Source: Squalus acanthias
Lineage: Eukaryota
Reading direction: 5' to 3'
Assembly (NCBI GenBank): GCA_030390025.1
Contig: CM059431.1
Span: forward strand, 107,634,001 to 107,698,000
DNA length: 64,000 bases
The position numbers and the translations under genes are program-made. Below, one piece after another: positions 12,686 through 25,450 of the stretch. A model generated the notes under the pieces. It saw only the letters and a list, made by a program, of their open reading frames with translations. It was not told the DNA's origin and did not search any database. The first letter of the stretch is position 1, and each line of letters starts with the position of its first letter.

Positions 12686-13336
12686 GGGCTGGATTTTGAT
12701 ACTGGGACGGGTTGGGGTACTGTCACCCGCTTTTCATGTTATCCACCCGACTGCAATTGGATGTGGGAGATTGATGCGATTTTCACCTAATTGGGCAATT
12801 GAGTTCCAGCATGTGGGAACCCATGAACCAATTAGTGTTTTCAGTCTGAAAGTCGCCTCTGATGATGTCATCATTGCTGCTGCATTGAAGGTCTGCAAAG
12901 ACTGCCTGGTCTTTGCTGTGAGAGGACCTGGATGCAAAGGTCTGCTCCCAGATATTTTGAGAGAGAGAGAGAGATCCCAGATATTTTTCCTACTAATACT
13001 TCTCCATTGTAATAGTGGACCTGCAGCTTTCGAAATGTGCTCCCGCCAGGTTTCACAATCGTGGTTCAGAACAGGCGTGCTTCACATAGAACAAGGGTTA
13101 AAATCACAAAGGCCTTTCAAAATGGCATTATAGAGCCAATTTAGTGCTTGTTAAGGGCCTTAACAGCCTATCCCGCCTCTTAAAGGCGGGACGGAGTTGG
13201 GACCAGCAGACACGATTTAATGAAAATTGCGTGGAGGCGGGATGGAGGCGGACTTGTGCCCGCCCGCCAGTTTTCGCAATTTTAACCCCCCACACGACTC
13301 CAAACCCGCCTCCACGGGTCAATGAAAATCCAGCCC
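12686..13336. mobile_element. Harbinger-like MITE (GGGCTGGATTTT family)
   Basis: Perfect 12-bp TIR GGGCTGGATTTT/AAAATCCAGCCC and perfect 3-bp TSD TAT/TAT; homologous copies at 36404, 44595 and 52058. Confidence 0.85.
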
Positions 13337-14699
13337 TATCTCTTTTCTGGGGGTCTTGTTCACAATAACACTTATCATGCCATAATGAATCACTAAGAAG
13401 AGTGTGCGTCTCTAGAGGCCTATAAGGACCTTGAGCTTTCCTTAACAATTTGTAGAGTCATGATTAAATGGATTGATGAAGGTTATCTCTCTACCCAACT
13501 AAAAATGGGTATAATTGCATTTATTTCTCTGTATGTGTACTGCTTAATGACATTGCATGTGTCTGGACTTGGTCCAACACAATTAAAGGATTTTGTTGCA
13601 AGCATATATGCTGTTGGATTCGATTTCCTTACATAGGGGCTGAACTTTCTTCCATTATCCTAATCATAAAGGCGCAGGATACCAGCGGAAAAGGGGGGTA
13701 AATCGGGAAGAGAGGCCTCATCATGGCCCTGACCTCAATTTCCTTCCCCGTGCCTCCGCTGGCCGTCCCTTTCCTGCCTGCCCCATGCAAATGCTAGTGG
13801 GAGGACAAGGCCCAGGTATCTGGCCGATTTTGCCAGCGTTTCCCCGTGATGCCACCTCATCACGAGGCTGCCATTTGGAAAGTGGTGGTAGGCCCCAGGA
13901 AACACCAAAAACAGCCCTGAAGATCCTCAAAGGTGGGAGAAGGCCTTGTAGCAGCCTTTTCACTCATCAATATCTGCCCTCTCCTTTACCTAACTATGTG
14001 GGCTTCAGCCCCTGGTGCTAGCAACCGTGGTCTTGCTGATTCAGAGAACGTGCATGTGCAAGAAAATACAGAGTGAAAAATGGCCATTCTACCTATCAAA
14101 CCACTCCACTCAGAGATCATGTATGACTACTCGATCATCAACTTTCCTCCCTCCCCACCTATTGATCCCTGATTTTAGGGAACATTAATTTTCTTCCCCG
14201 AAAAAAACTGTGTTGAAGAGCATCTTTATAACCCTCAATCCCACTTTTGAACAGATATTTATCCAATTCCTTCTCAAAGGTGCAAGTTGACCCCTAATCA
14301 GTTGCTTTCCCTGGATCTTTGTCCCACATATCGACAATGCTGCAAGATCAAGGCCATGAAATTCCATCGGGATTCTCCGAGTCTCCCTTCACCACGCCAG
14401 CAGAAGCCTGACGGAACCCTCAAAAAATGACAGACACCCTGCATGGTCCTGATTATTTATTTTGGCGGAATTGGGGGATAGGGGGTCACCAGTCTCCTGC
14501 CTGATTAACAGCGCTCCATTTACAGAGTCGATCTCCTTTGGGCTTACCAGCGAAAAGAACCAGTGTCAATGTAGGCAATTCTTCCATTTGAAAAAGTAAT
14601 TTCCTTGACAATATATTTTGGAAAGAAATCGTAGCCATCGACCTGGGCAGTGAAATTCCTCTACATGCTATTGGCACGTAAAGACTGACAAGTCCCAAT

Positions 14700-15354
14700 G
14701 GGGGAGAAATTTGGTTGGTTAGCCCCTCCCGTTAGCTCCTCCGGGGGGCAATAACGGGACGCTAACGACTTACCGCCCGGGTGCGGCGGAAAATAACAAC
14801 TCCCGCGAAATTCACCTGGAGTTCTGCGACAGCGGTAACCGCTAGTGCCACGATCTCCTGCGCCCAGAGATCGTGACGTCATCATCCTGCGCATCGCCCT
14901 GGACCCACAATTTGGGCGACAACACCGACAGCTGCAGGAGGTGTTGCGTTGTTGGTGAGTCCGGGCGCTTGGGGGAACGCTGTTTAAAGGGGATGATGGT
15001 TGTGGCGGGGGGGGAATTTTTTTTTCGTGAAGCCTAACGTCCATTTTTCATTATTTTCTTGGGCCGCAATCGATCAGCCCTGCACTCTGCTAACGTGCTT
15101 GGGGCTGATCGTGTCAGATCGCGGCTGCCGTCGGCGACGAGGTACCTCTTTTCATTGCAGAGCCTACAGCGATGGCCCTTCCCTTTAAGGGAGGGAAGGA
15201 GCCTTCGTTCCCGACAGCGCTGCCCTCGACTTCCTTCCTTCCTGGAGCGTTAACAGCCAATTTTGTGCAACCGGAGAATCATAGGGCCTGGCGCTAATTT
15301 TTAAGGTTTTCAAAATTTACCGCCCCAAACGGGGCGATACCGAATTTCTCCCCC
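14700..15354. mobile_element. Harbinger MITE (GGGGGAGAAATT family)
   Basis: Perfect 12-bp TIR GGGGGAGAAATT; flanks aat/att; subterminal sequence resembles the ends of the autonomous element at 38933-43258. Confidence 0.8.
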
Positions 15355-15357
15355 ATT

Positions 15358-16040
15358 GCGTCAGCCTTGGCTCAGTTGGTAGCACTGAGTCAGAAGGTTG
15401 TGGGAGCACATCCCACTCCAGACACTTGAGCACCAAGTCTAGGCTGACACTCCCAGTGCAGTGCTGAGGGAGTGCTGCACTGTCAGAGGTGCCGTCTTTC
15501 GGATGAGACGTTAAACCGAGGCCCCGTCTGCTCTCTCAGGTGGACGTAAAAGATCCCATGGTACTTGACGTAAGAAAACTACTCGGCACTTGGTCTCAGC
15601 ATTAAACAAAGCTTTAATCAACTGTTTTTCAACATGGAGATCTAGTTGTGTCCTTCACTAGTTCCTGTTGAGGAATGTCCTGAGCAAGCTGGGCCCATGC
15701 CCGAGTATTTATACTCTCCCTGGACAGCGCCACCAGCAGGCCACCCAGTATTACTTCATACATGAATGACAAGATTCATGTCAGTACTGTTTTGAAAAAG
15801 AGCAGGGGAGTTGTCCCCAGTGTCCTGGGGCCAATATTCATCCCTCAACCAACATAACAAAAACAGATTATCCGGTCATTATCACATTGCTGTTTATGGA
15901 ACCTTGCTGTGAGCAAATTGGCTGCCGCGTTTCCTACATTACAACAGTGGTCACACTTCAAAAGTACTTCATTGGCTGTAAAGCACTTTGGGACGTCCCG
16001 AGGTCGTGAGTGGCGCTACATAAATGCAAGTCTTTCTTTA
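15358..16040 (+). mobile_element. SINE, SacSINE1/DeuSINE-like, interrupted by a solo LTR
   Basis: Head GTCAGCCTTGGCTCAGTTGGTAGC; body resumes after 15788; tail ATAAATGCAAGTCTTTCTTT. Confidence 0.85.
15566..15783. mobile_element. Solo LTR, 218 bp
   Basis: TGAC...GTCA ends and a perfect 5-bp TSD GTACT (15561-15565, 15784-15788) inside a SINE. Confidence 0.8.
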
Positions 16041-17039
16041 TTTGTAACAAATAGGTTAAGCCATTTTGATGAAATTCCTCTGCTTCTTTTGATAAAGTTG
16101 TTAGCCCGTTTAAAATAAATGCTTGACAACTATGTTAAAATGGTGCAGAATATCAGCCGGATGTGTTAATCAATTTGTTACAAATTTCATCTCATATGTG
16201 TAATATAGTGACATGCAAACATGGCCTATTCACATTGGCAGTGCCGAAATCCACTTCATACTGCTGGGTGAAAGATGTTTTTAACGTCATTGCTCTCGGG
16301 CTTATTTTTAGCGGCCGTGTTAGAGCCGGTATACATTCGGGAATAGAACCTGGCCTGTTCTGTACTCATGCAGTTAAAAAGAAAAATTCTAATTTTACAC
16401 GAACAACCTGTCTTTCTGATTTCAGTGACTCGACACAAACTTTTTGAGTGCTTACTGGCAAGTTGATATTGCGTATCTGTGATGAGACTCCTAATGACAC
16501 ACGGTGTCATGCATTTTCTGCAGATAATTCAAAGGCCGACCGTGTACCTTTCCTTTCCCATTGGAAGCGGTCATGGTTAGTCAAGTGCATTTCCTTCATA
16601 TTCTCCAGAGTATCAAAGCCAGTTATGAGAGCGAGAACTGGTTAAAACTGGGCTGTAAAAGAGCTTTAAGAGCTGCTGAAGTGAATATCTACTGTCGCAG
16701 GCATTTTCTTTTTTTATTGGTGAGGTAATTAAAGAAGTACAGTGTTTCATAACTTGTCAGTTTAAAAACACCTTGATGATGCAGTTTGTTATTGATTCTA
16801 CTCCATTGCTCTTTGCATGCCAGAACGCACTGAATAATCTGTTATTCAAAACAGAACTGAATTCAACTTTGAGTCTTCAATTAAGCAATTAGACATTTGC
16901 TGCCGATGACAAGGTTGAACTTTGCGAGTGCTATTTTCAAATCATTATGAGTGTGTAAACAGAGCCCGGAAGGTGGTGGTGTGCGGGAGGGCGGAGGGGA
17001 AGCGGGGAGGAGAGTGTCTCTGTGAACTGGAGTGGGGGT

Positions 17040-19157
17040 GGATGCCATTCAGGACAAAGCAGCCCGCTTGATTGGCACCCCATCCACCACCTTAAGCATT
17101 CATTCCCTCCACCACCGGCGCACCGTGGCTACAGTGTGTACCATCTACAAGATGCACTGCAGCAACTCGCCAAGGTTTCATCGACAACACCTTTCAAACC
17201 CGCGACCACTACCACCTAGAAGGACAAGGGCAGCAGGCACATGGGAACACCACCACCACCCTTCCTAATATTAACTGGGATAGAATCAGTGTAAAAGGTA
17301 TAGAGGGCGCAGAATTCTTAAAATGCAATTAGGAGAACTTTTTTAGCCAGTACATAGCAAGCGCAACAAGAAAGGGGGCAGTTCTGGACTTAGTTTTAGG
17401 GAATGATGCTGGGCAGATGGAAGGTATCAGTAGGAGAGCATTTTGGTGGTAGTGATCATAATTCAGTTAGATTTAGGGTAGTTATGGAAAAGGACAAAGA
17501 TAGACCAGGAGTAAAAGTTCTCAATTGGGGAAAGGCCGATTTTACTAAGCTGGGATGTGATTTAGCAAAAGTGGATTGGAAACAGCTACTTGAAGGTAAA
17601 TCAGTGTCAGAGCAGTGGGAGGCATTCAAGGAGGAGATAGTGAGGGGTCAGAGCAAATATGTTCCCACAAAGAAAAAGGGTGGGACTCCCAAATCTAGAG
17701 CCCCCTAGATGTTAAGGGTAGGATAAGGCAAAAAAGAGTAGCATGTTTGATGTAGTCTACATGGATTTTAGCAAAGCTTTTGACAAGGTCCCACATGGCA
17801 GACTGGCCAGAAAAGTAAAAGCCCATGGGATCCAAAGGGAAAGTGGCAAGTTGGATCCAAAACTGGAAAGTGGCAGGAAGCAAAGGGTACTGGTCAACGG
17901 GTGTTTGTGTGAATGAAAGGCTGTTTCCAGTGGGGTTCCGCAGGGCTCAGTACTAGGTCCCTTGCTTCTTGTGGTATATATCAATTATTTAGACTTCAAT
18001 GTAGAGGGCATGATTAAGAAGTTTGCAGATGATACAAAAATTAACCGTGTGGTTGATAGTGAGGAAGAAAGCTGTAGTCTGCAGGAAGATAGCGATGGAC
18101 TGGTCAGGTGGGCAGAAAAGTGGCAAATGTAATTCAATCTGGAGAAGTGTGAGGTAATGCATTTGAGGAGGGCCAACAAGGCAAGGGAATACACCATAAA
18201 TAGCAGGATACTGAGAAGTGTAGAGGAACAAAGGGACCTTGGAGTGCATGTCCACAGATTCTCTGAAGGTAGCAGGACAGGTAGATAGGTGGTTACGAAG
18301 GCATACTGGATACTTTCCTTTATTAGCCAAGGCATAGAATATAAGAGCAGGGAGGCTATGCTAGAACTGTATAAAACACTAGTTAGGCCACAGCTAGAGT
18401 ACTGCATACAGTTCTGGTCACCACATTACAGGAAAGATGTGATTGCACTGGAGATGGTATAGAGGAGATTTATGAGGATGTTTTCAGGACTGGAGAATTT
18501 TAGCTATGAGGAAAGACTGGATGGGCTGGGTTATTTTCTTTGGAACAGAGGAGGCTGAGGGGAGACTTAATTGAGGTATATAAAATTATGAGGGGCCTAG
18601 ATAGAATGGATAAGAAGGACCTATTTCCCTTAGCAGAGAGGTCAATAACCAGGGGACATAGAGTAATTGGTAGAAGGATTAGAGGGGAGTTGAGGAGATC
18701 TTTTTTCACCCAGAGGGTGGTGGGGGTCTGGAACTCACTGCCTGAAAAGGTGGTAGAGGCAGAAATCCTCATCACATTTAAAAAGTACTTGGAGATGCAC
18801 TTGAAGCGGCGTAACCTGCAAGGCTACGAACCAAGAACTGGAAAGTGGGATTAGGCTGGATAGCTCTTTTTCAGCCGGCAAAGACATGATGGGCCGAATG
18901 GCCTCCTCCTATGCCGTAAATTTCTATGATTCTATGATTCTATTATTCAAGTCACACATCATCCTGACTTGGAAATATATCGCCGTTCCTTCATTGTCGC
19001 TGGGTCAAAATCCTGGAACTCCCTACCTAACAGCACTCTGGTAGTACCTTCACCACACGGACTGCGGCGGCTCACCACCAGCTTCTCTATGACAATTAGG
19101 GATGGGCAATAAATGCTGGCCTTGCCAGCGACGCCCACATCCTGTGAATGAATAAGA
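17040..19157 (+). mobile_element. 3' end of a second non-LTR LINE family, split by a CR1 insertion
   Basis: DAIQDKAARLIG...LHHRRTVATVCTIYKMH at 17040-17262; continues at about 18946 (..WNSLP..) to a tail with AATAAA...GAATGAATAA. Confidence 0.65.
17262..18942 (+). mobile_element. CR1 LINE, 5'-truncated, internally deleted, decayed
   Basis: Endonuclease end (EHFGGSDHNSV), RT motifs (MDFSKAFDKV, SGVPQGSVLGP, KFADDTK), C-terminus and (TTCTATGA)n tail; stops and frameshifts present. Confidence 0.9.
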
Positions 19158-19608
19158 AAACTGTCAGAGAATACCTGGTCAGGTACCTTTTGGGGAAGTG
19201 GTAGTCTAGCTAGCTTGTCGAAAACCTAATTGTAACTTTGTTTTTCTTTTCATCTTAAGATTAAAGATCTGTTCATTGTGAAGTATTAAAGTGTGTAAAA
19301 TTGATCAGACTTGACCTTATTGTTAATGTAAAAAGTTCAACGCTGTCTGTGTGAGCTTGCCCCACCCCTCTAGATAAGCATCAATAATTGTGCGCCTACA
19401 ACCTTTGGGTTTCCTTGTTCGGGCATTCATGTACTTTTTCATGCGTTTTTTTCTCTCCAATACAACTGAAGGAATGTTGACTATGCCTGCAAATTAAGTT
19501 ACAAAGTTTGTGTTACCTACTTGTTTTCACACATCATACAACAACAACAACAACAACAGCTTGCACTTATATAGTGCTGTCATTCATAATCTGAAACATT
19601 CTGCATAG

Positions 19609-19810
19609 GCCCTCTTTAAAGCCTCTCTACCTCTCTCTCCCCTCCTTTAAGACGCTCCTTAAAACCTACCTCTTTGACCAAGCTTCTGGTCACCTGTCTT
19701 GATATCTCCTTATGTGTCTCGGTGCCAAATTTTGTCTGGTAACTCTCCTGTGAAGCACCTTGGGACGTTTTACTATGTTAAAGGCGCTATATCAATGCAA
19801 GTTGTTGTCG
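19609..19810 (+). mobile_element. L2-type LINE 3' tail
   Basis: CTCCTTTAAGACGCTCCTTAAAACCTACCTCTTTGACC...GGCGCTATATCAATGCAAGTTGTTG. Confidence 0.7.
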
Positions 19811-20425
19811 TTTGGGTGCAATGGAAAATTGCGCCCAAAATGCGCTTGAAATTGCTCTGGTTAGGTTACAGTTCAAGTTTCAATCAAATTCATTTGCATA
19901 ACCACAAACGTAAAGTCTTCCATGAACCAGTGCAATCAGGCAGCGTAATAAATGTAATTGTATCTTTTTCTTCCATTAAAAAGTATTCCTTGATGTATTT
20001 AAGTGTGGCAGCCTGATGCAGTTTTATTACAACAGCTGAAAATGGATTTATAAAAAAAAAATCAGCATTTTTAATAATAATATCCAGTCTGTGAGTAACC
20101 TGATTTAAAATCACTGAAAATGACATTAAAAAAACCAACTAGTCCATTTCTTAGTAAATTCAATGGTTTTTGATATGACAAACCTTTTAAAATGTGCCGA
20201 CTAGTGCCTGTGCGGCGAAGTAAATGAACATAATTTGATGAGCATTCCCGAACCAGCGCAATTGGTGCAATCTCGCAATTCCGGCCTGGGGGGGGTGGTG
20301 GGCGTGTCTAGTTGTGGGCAGAGCCTGATCCGGGCAAATCGAATCTTGAACCGGCGTAAAAGATCGTGGAAAACAAAAAGGCAAGTAGTTTTGGGCGTAA
20401 CTCACTTTTGTTTAAAATTCCCCAA

Positions 20426-20561
20426 TGTAATATACGTGGGTAGAACAAATGAAGGACAGAGACACGATGAGTTGCTCGTACATGGGCTTGTTTACTAGGC
20501 CAGAGCGAACTGAGCATGCTCGTACTAAACCATGTGACAAACCATGTGATAATACATTACA
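20426..20561 (-). repeat. 3' LTR
   Basis: TGTAAT...ATTACA; adjacent polypurine tract rc TAAGGGGAAAGCAG at 20562-20575. Confidence 0.9.
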
Positions 20562-20719
20562 CTGCTTTCCCCTTAAAAAAATTTACATATTCCACTCTCA
20601 AATACAACAAAACTATGGTTCCACCTTTCCCAGCATTACATGTACCGCATAACAAAAACTCCTGGCTTTTTTTTCTTTTAAATAAACTACAAATCCTACA
20701 AATGAACTACAAATGCATT

Positions 20720-23700
20720 TTAATAACAGGTTTGCAGAGCCTTCCTGATCCTTCCTGATCTCCTTACAGAAGGTTTTGGTGTTGAACCAATTTTTGGGCT
20801 GTTTTGTTTTGGTTCCGAACTCAAAGATGATCCTGTTTCTATCTCAGACTTGTTTGAACCTGGTACTTCAGTTTCTGAAGTCTGAATGGAGTAAAACTCA
20901 TGTATGTGTTCATGAGCAAGTGGTTCACGATCCTGCCTTGGTTCATCTGTTGCAGAGATCATTTGATCTACATGAACACTTCTGACGTTGTCACCAATTT
21001 CAACCAAATATCCCTTGGTTCCACCAACTTCTACTATGGTTCCTACATCCCACTTGTGTGAACTCGACTTGCCAGGGGGACTGAGAACACGAACACACTC
21101 ATTTTGTTTGAAACTGCGTTCTTTCTGACTCAACTGTTTCTGTTCAACTCTTAAGGCCAAATTTGGTTGAACAAATCTCAATCTCCTCTTCATCAAGAGT
21201 TCTGTACACTATATCCAGTTGTAGTGTGTGGAGTAGTTCGGTATTTCAGCAAGAAACTTGCCAAACATTGCTTCATGCTGAATCCCGAAAAACCCTGCAA
21301 CACTTGCTTTTTGAGAGCTTCTTTCACTATTTTGAAGCTGGATGATATGGTGGAATGAGAATGTGTTTGAGGTTCCATTTCATGAATTCTTGGAATAGAG
21401 CAGAACGGAGCTGAGGCCCATTGTCATAAACAAGCTCTTCGGGTAAGCCATGACATGCAAAGATAGACCTCAACTCATCTATGGTACGTTCAGTTGTAGT
21501 ATTTGAACCCATGTGTTTCACTTCAATCCACTTTGAGTGACTATCTAAAAGTACCAGGAAATAATTATTTGCTTTCTCACAGAAGTCTACATGTACTCTC
21601 TGAAAAAGGTCTACTTGGCCATGACCAAGGTTGTAGTGGAGTTTGGGTGGTTTGTTTCTGCAATTTTGGCAAACGCTACATTTGTGATTCAAGATCACTG
21701 TCCAATCTAGGTCAGTAAACAAAGCTTCTTGCAATTGATTTCATACTGACGATTCCTGGATGTTCAGTATGAAGTTTGGCCAGAATTCTATCTCGCAAAG
21801 AAGTAGGTACCACTACTCTGTTTCCCCACTTGATACAATCTTGCTCACAAGACAATTCAATACGACAGTTATGAAATGGTTTCAATTCTGCATCCATACA
21901 CTGATCAGTCCATCCATTCAAGGTGTTTCAATACGCTCTTTTCAATATTGAGTCCTTTTGAGTCTCATCTGCAATCTCAGTTGCATTCACGGGAAAGTCT
22001 TTGTCAACTGCACCTAGTGTGAAAATAGCACCTTCACTCCCAACACGAGTCCTCATGTGGCAACCTGGACAAGGCATCTGCGATTGTGTTTTGCTTTGAA
22101 GTGCGATATTCAATCGTGTAGTCAAATTGTGACAACAACACTGCCCAATGTTGCATTCTTGATGCGGCCATTGCAGGGATGGCAGATTGGGGCCCCAATA
22201 TTGCGAGGAGTGGTTTGTGATCGGTTATCAGGGTAAACTTTCTGCTGATCAGGAACTGTTAGAATTTCTTGATTCCAAACACTATGGCGAGTGCTTCCTT
22301 TTCAATTTGCCCAGAGTTTCTTTTGCTCCATGTGAGGGTTTGCGATGTGAACGCGATTGGTTTCTCTTGGCCATCATCCATTACATGGCTTATGACAGCT
22401 CCCACACCGTAACTGGAAGCATCACACGCTAACTTAAGCTCAAGCTTTGTGTCATAGTGCACAAGTAGAGCATCGCTAGAGAGACTTCTCTGACAAGCGT
22501 CGTAAGCTTCCTGTTGCGCTTTTGTCCACTTCCACTTGAGGAGCTCATGCAATGGAGCTAAGATGGTCGCTAACTCAGGTAAGAAACGTACGTAATACTG
22601 GACCATTCCAAGGAAAGATCTTAACTCAGACACGTTTTGTCATCACGTTTGGAGCATTGATGACAGCATCAAACTTTTCCTTCACTACAAAAGCACATTT
22701 GCTCCTTTTCAATTTGACATTGTGGGCATTCAACCTTTGAAGCACTAAATCTAACACTTCTAGATTTTCTTCCTCGCTGCTTGTTGTGATCAGCACATCG
22801 TCTTGATTGCATAAGCAATTTGGAACTCCTTGCAAAATCTTATCCATTGTAGCCTGGAAGATTTTGGGGGAGCACTTTACACCATATGACAGTTTGGTGT
22901 ATGAGTACAGTCCCTTGTGTGTGTTGATGGTGAGATACTGTTGACTCTCTTTATCAACATTCAGCTGAGCGTAAGCGTGCGACAGGTCAAGCTTAGAGAA
23001 AACCTTTGACCCAGAGAGTGCTGCATACAAATCTTGCGATGTATTTAACGGGTACTGTTCATCGTCAACTGCTTGGTTGATAGTAACTTTGTAGTCACCA
23101 CACAAGCGTACAGTTTTGTCTGCTTTGGGCACGACCACAATCTATGTAGTCCATTCACTTTTGTCAGTTTTTCCCAGCACTCCGTTCTCTAGGATTTCTC
23201 CGGAGTAGGTTTTTAACTCTACGGTACTCTTTGTAAGCGGAATTTAATTAAACTTACTCTCATGTGTGTCCTTACTCATAATAGAGCAGTCCGCCGCCGT
23301 GTCGATATACATATCAATATATTGCTCGTTGATCAAATGTTTTGTACGGAAGTCTTTCTCACGACTGCTGGCATTGCCACTAGTGACATAGATACTGTAG
23401 ATGCCGAGTTCTTCAACATCAGGTGTGTTCACTTCAATATTGTGAACTCCTCCCTTTTGTTGTCGCTGCTTTGCATTGCCACTAGAATGGTTCCTACTTC
23501 CTGCTTTAGATCTAGCTCTGCAAGCTGTTGAAATATGGCCTTGCTTCTGGCAGTGAAACACTTTGCATTTCTGTATTGACAGGACTGTGGTGAGTGATTT
23601 CCATTGCAGCGATAACAATTCACTGAACTGCTCTCACCAACAGGCTTTTGATTTGGTCTCACAGCTTTAGGTTTGGTGGTGGCTTTGTGACTGTAGACCT

Positions 23701-24763
23701 CAGCTGTACCAGTCACTTGAGATGGACGGAGCTCCCTAGCATTCTTAGACGCCATCTCCATAGATAGAGCAATTTTGCATGCTATGTCAAACGTTAGGTT
23801 CGGAGTGTTCAGTAACTTGGACTGTGTGCGCTCATCCACCAGTCCACACACAAACTTATCTCGCAATGCACGATCCAAAAATTGGGTTGCTTTGCACCTC
23901 CCATTAGCACCCCAGGGGGGCGCTGACGGGGCACAACGTCCCTAGCGCCCGGGCACAAAGCCCCTAGCGCCCAGGTGCGGCACCGCTAACACCTCCCGTG
24001 AAATTCAACGGGAGGTTAGTGGCAGCGGTAGCCAAAGTAGTGCCCCGTGGCGCTGCGCCGCCGGTGATGACGACATCGCCGTGCACAGCACCCCGCTCAC
24101 GCCCCAGCCGCAAACTTCAGTCACACCCCCTGACCTACCGCCGGACGATATGTCCGACAGGGTCAGGGGGCGTTTTTGCAGCCGTGGTGGCACAAGTTAA
24201 AGGGCAGGTGTCGGGCGGCCATTTTATTTTGGCCGACTGCCAGCACCTGCCCCTTTCCCCTTTTTCTTCGGGGTGCCGGCCGCGATCGCTCAGCCCGGCA
24301 CTCCTCTTGAGTGCCCGGCACCCCGCTCCCCGGTGGTCCAGCAGGGCCCCGGTGCACACAGCACTAGGCCCCTCCCCTTTAATCAGGGGAGGGAGGCCTG
24401 CAATTATGCGGCACTACGTGCCGATGCGCATGGCGCTGTTGCACATAGCACTGCGAAATTCACTGGTAGCGCCCCACGAAGGACAGGGAGGGCTTCCAGT
24501 AGTGCCCCGCCTCCTGCTTGGGGCATTACCACTGAATTAACGGCACAGGGGTGCTAACTTTTCGGGGCGCCACCGAATTTCTCCATTCCTGGTCCGATCT
24601 CTGTTAGAAAAATTCTCTGTTCACGAATTACATCTGCACCCTCAGTCACAATAATGTTATTGGCCCTAAAAAACATCTCCATCTGCTCAATGTAAGAACT
24701 GAATGGTTCATGAGCTCGGTCATACATGCCGACGCTTCCGATGAATCCCGTAGACGCGGCCAT
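20720..24763 (-). pseudogene. gag-pol pseudogene of the Gypsy element
   Basis: Fragmented ORFs 24554-24763 (gag N-term), 23429-23878, 23244-23618, 22626-23138 (RT), 22259-22633 (RNase H), 21327-21921 and 20720-21378 (integrase). Confidence 0.9.
23877..24584. mobile_element. Harbinger MITE-like insertion within gag
   Basis: GC-rich block with AAAATTGGGTTG... and ...CCGAATTTCTCC ends and repeated TAGCGCC motifs, similar to 14700-15354; gag homology stops at both edges. Confidence 0.7.
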
Positions 24764-24983
24764 GATTGTCCCGATCCCATCAAACAGTGACTCAGCACGC
24801 TACCTGTGTACCTGTGAGAATCAGCGCCGCTGTTGCTGTGTATACACACACAGACAATTCTGCATAAGCATTAACAGTAAACCATCGCAAAAAATCAGTT
24901 TAGGTGTCACAAATTCACCTTAAACTTTTCCACTCGAAGGTTGAACACTGTGTCCTTCCATGATCCTTAAAAATGGCTTTGGG

Positions 24984-25001
24984 ATCCCATCCTCGTCGCC
25001 A
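24984..25001 (-). promoter_or_regulatory. Primer-binding site complementary to tRNA-Ser(GCU) 3' end
   Basis: rc TGGCGACGAGGATGGGAT, 4 nt inside the 5' LTR; vertebrate tRNA-Ser(GCT) ends ...ATCCCATCCTCGTCGCCA. Confidence 0.85.
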
Positions 25002-25005
25002 AAAA

Positions 25006-25141
25006 TGCAGTATATGTGGGTAAAACAAATGAAGGACAGAGACAGGAGGAGTTGCTAGTCCAGGTGCTTGTTTATTAGGCCAGAGCGAACTGAGCATGCT
25101 CATACTAAACCATGTGACAAACCATGTGATAATACATTACA
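25006..25141 (-). repeat. 5' LTR
   Basis: TG...CA; 12 mismatches in 136 bp versus 20426-20561; contains minus-strand AATAAA. Confidence 0.9.
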
Positions 25142-25450
25142 CCCGTTCTTCTGCGCTGTTTCGGCCAATTCCGCCCGTGTTGCGCTGATATTAGATGACC
25201 GGAAACTCGACCCCACGGAGGGGAACTAGAGGGGAGGGTTTGACCAGGAGCTGGACCTGGACACTGGTCCAGGCCTGACCTTTAAGGATAGCAGCACCAA
25301 CCCAGGACTGGGAGCTGAGCAATGCACTGACTGCAACAGACTACCCTATACATCTCTTCCCATGCAGCTCACACTGCAGGCACTACACACATTGGCTACA
25401 TTTCAAACATTAAAAATAATTATATGCATAGAACAGTCATTATAGCTAAT

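Larger units (their letters stand above)
20426..25141 (-). mobile_element. Ty3/Gypsy LTR retrotransposon, Mag-clade-like, decayed
   Basis: Paired 136-bp LTRs, PBS and PPT; order gag (two Cys/His knuckles), protease (IDTAAD), RT (LCGDYK, KLDLSHAY, QDD), RNase H (ACDASSYGVG), integrase (HVDF, DNGPQ); many frameshifts. Confidence 0.92.

Noticed and set aside
23998..24557. Cluster of overlapping GC-rich ORFs
   Set aside because: Stop-poor MITE sequence without coding signature.
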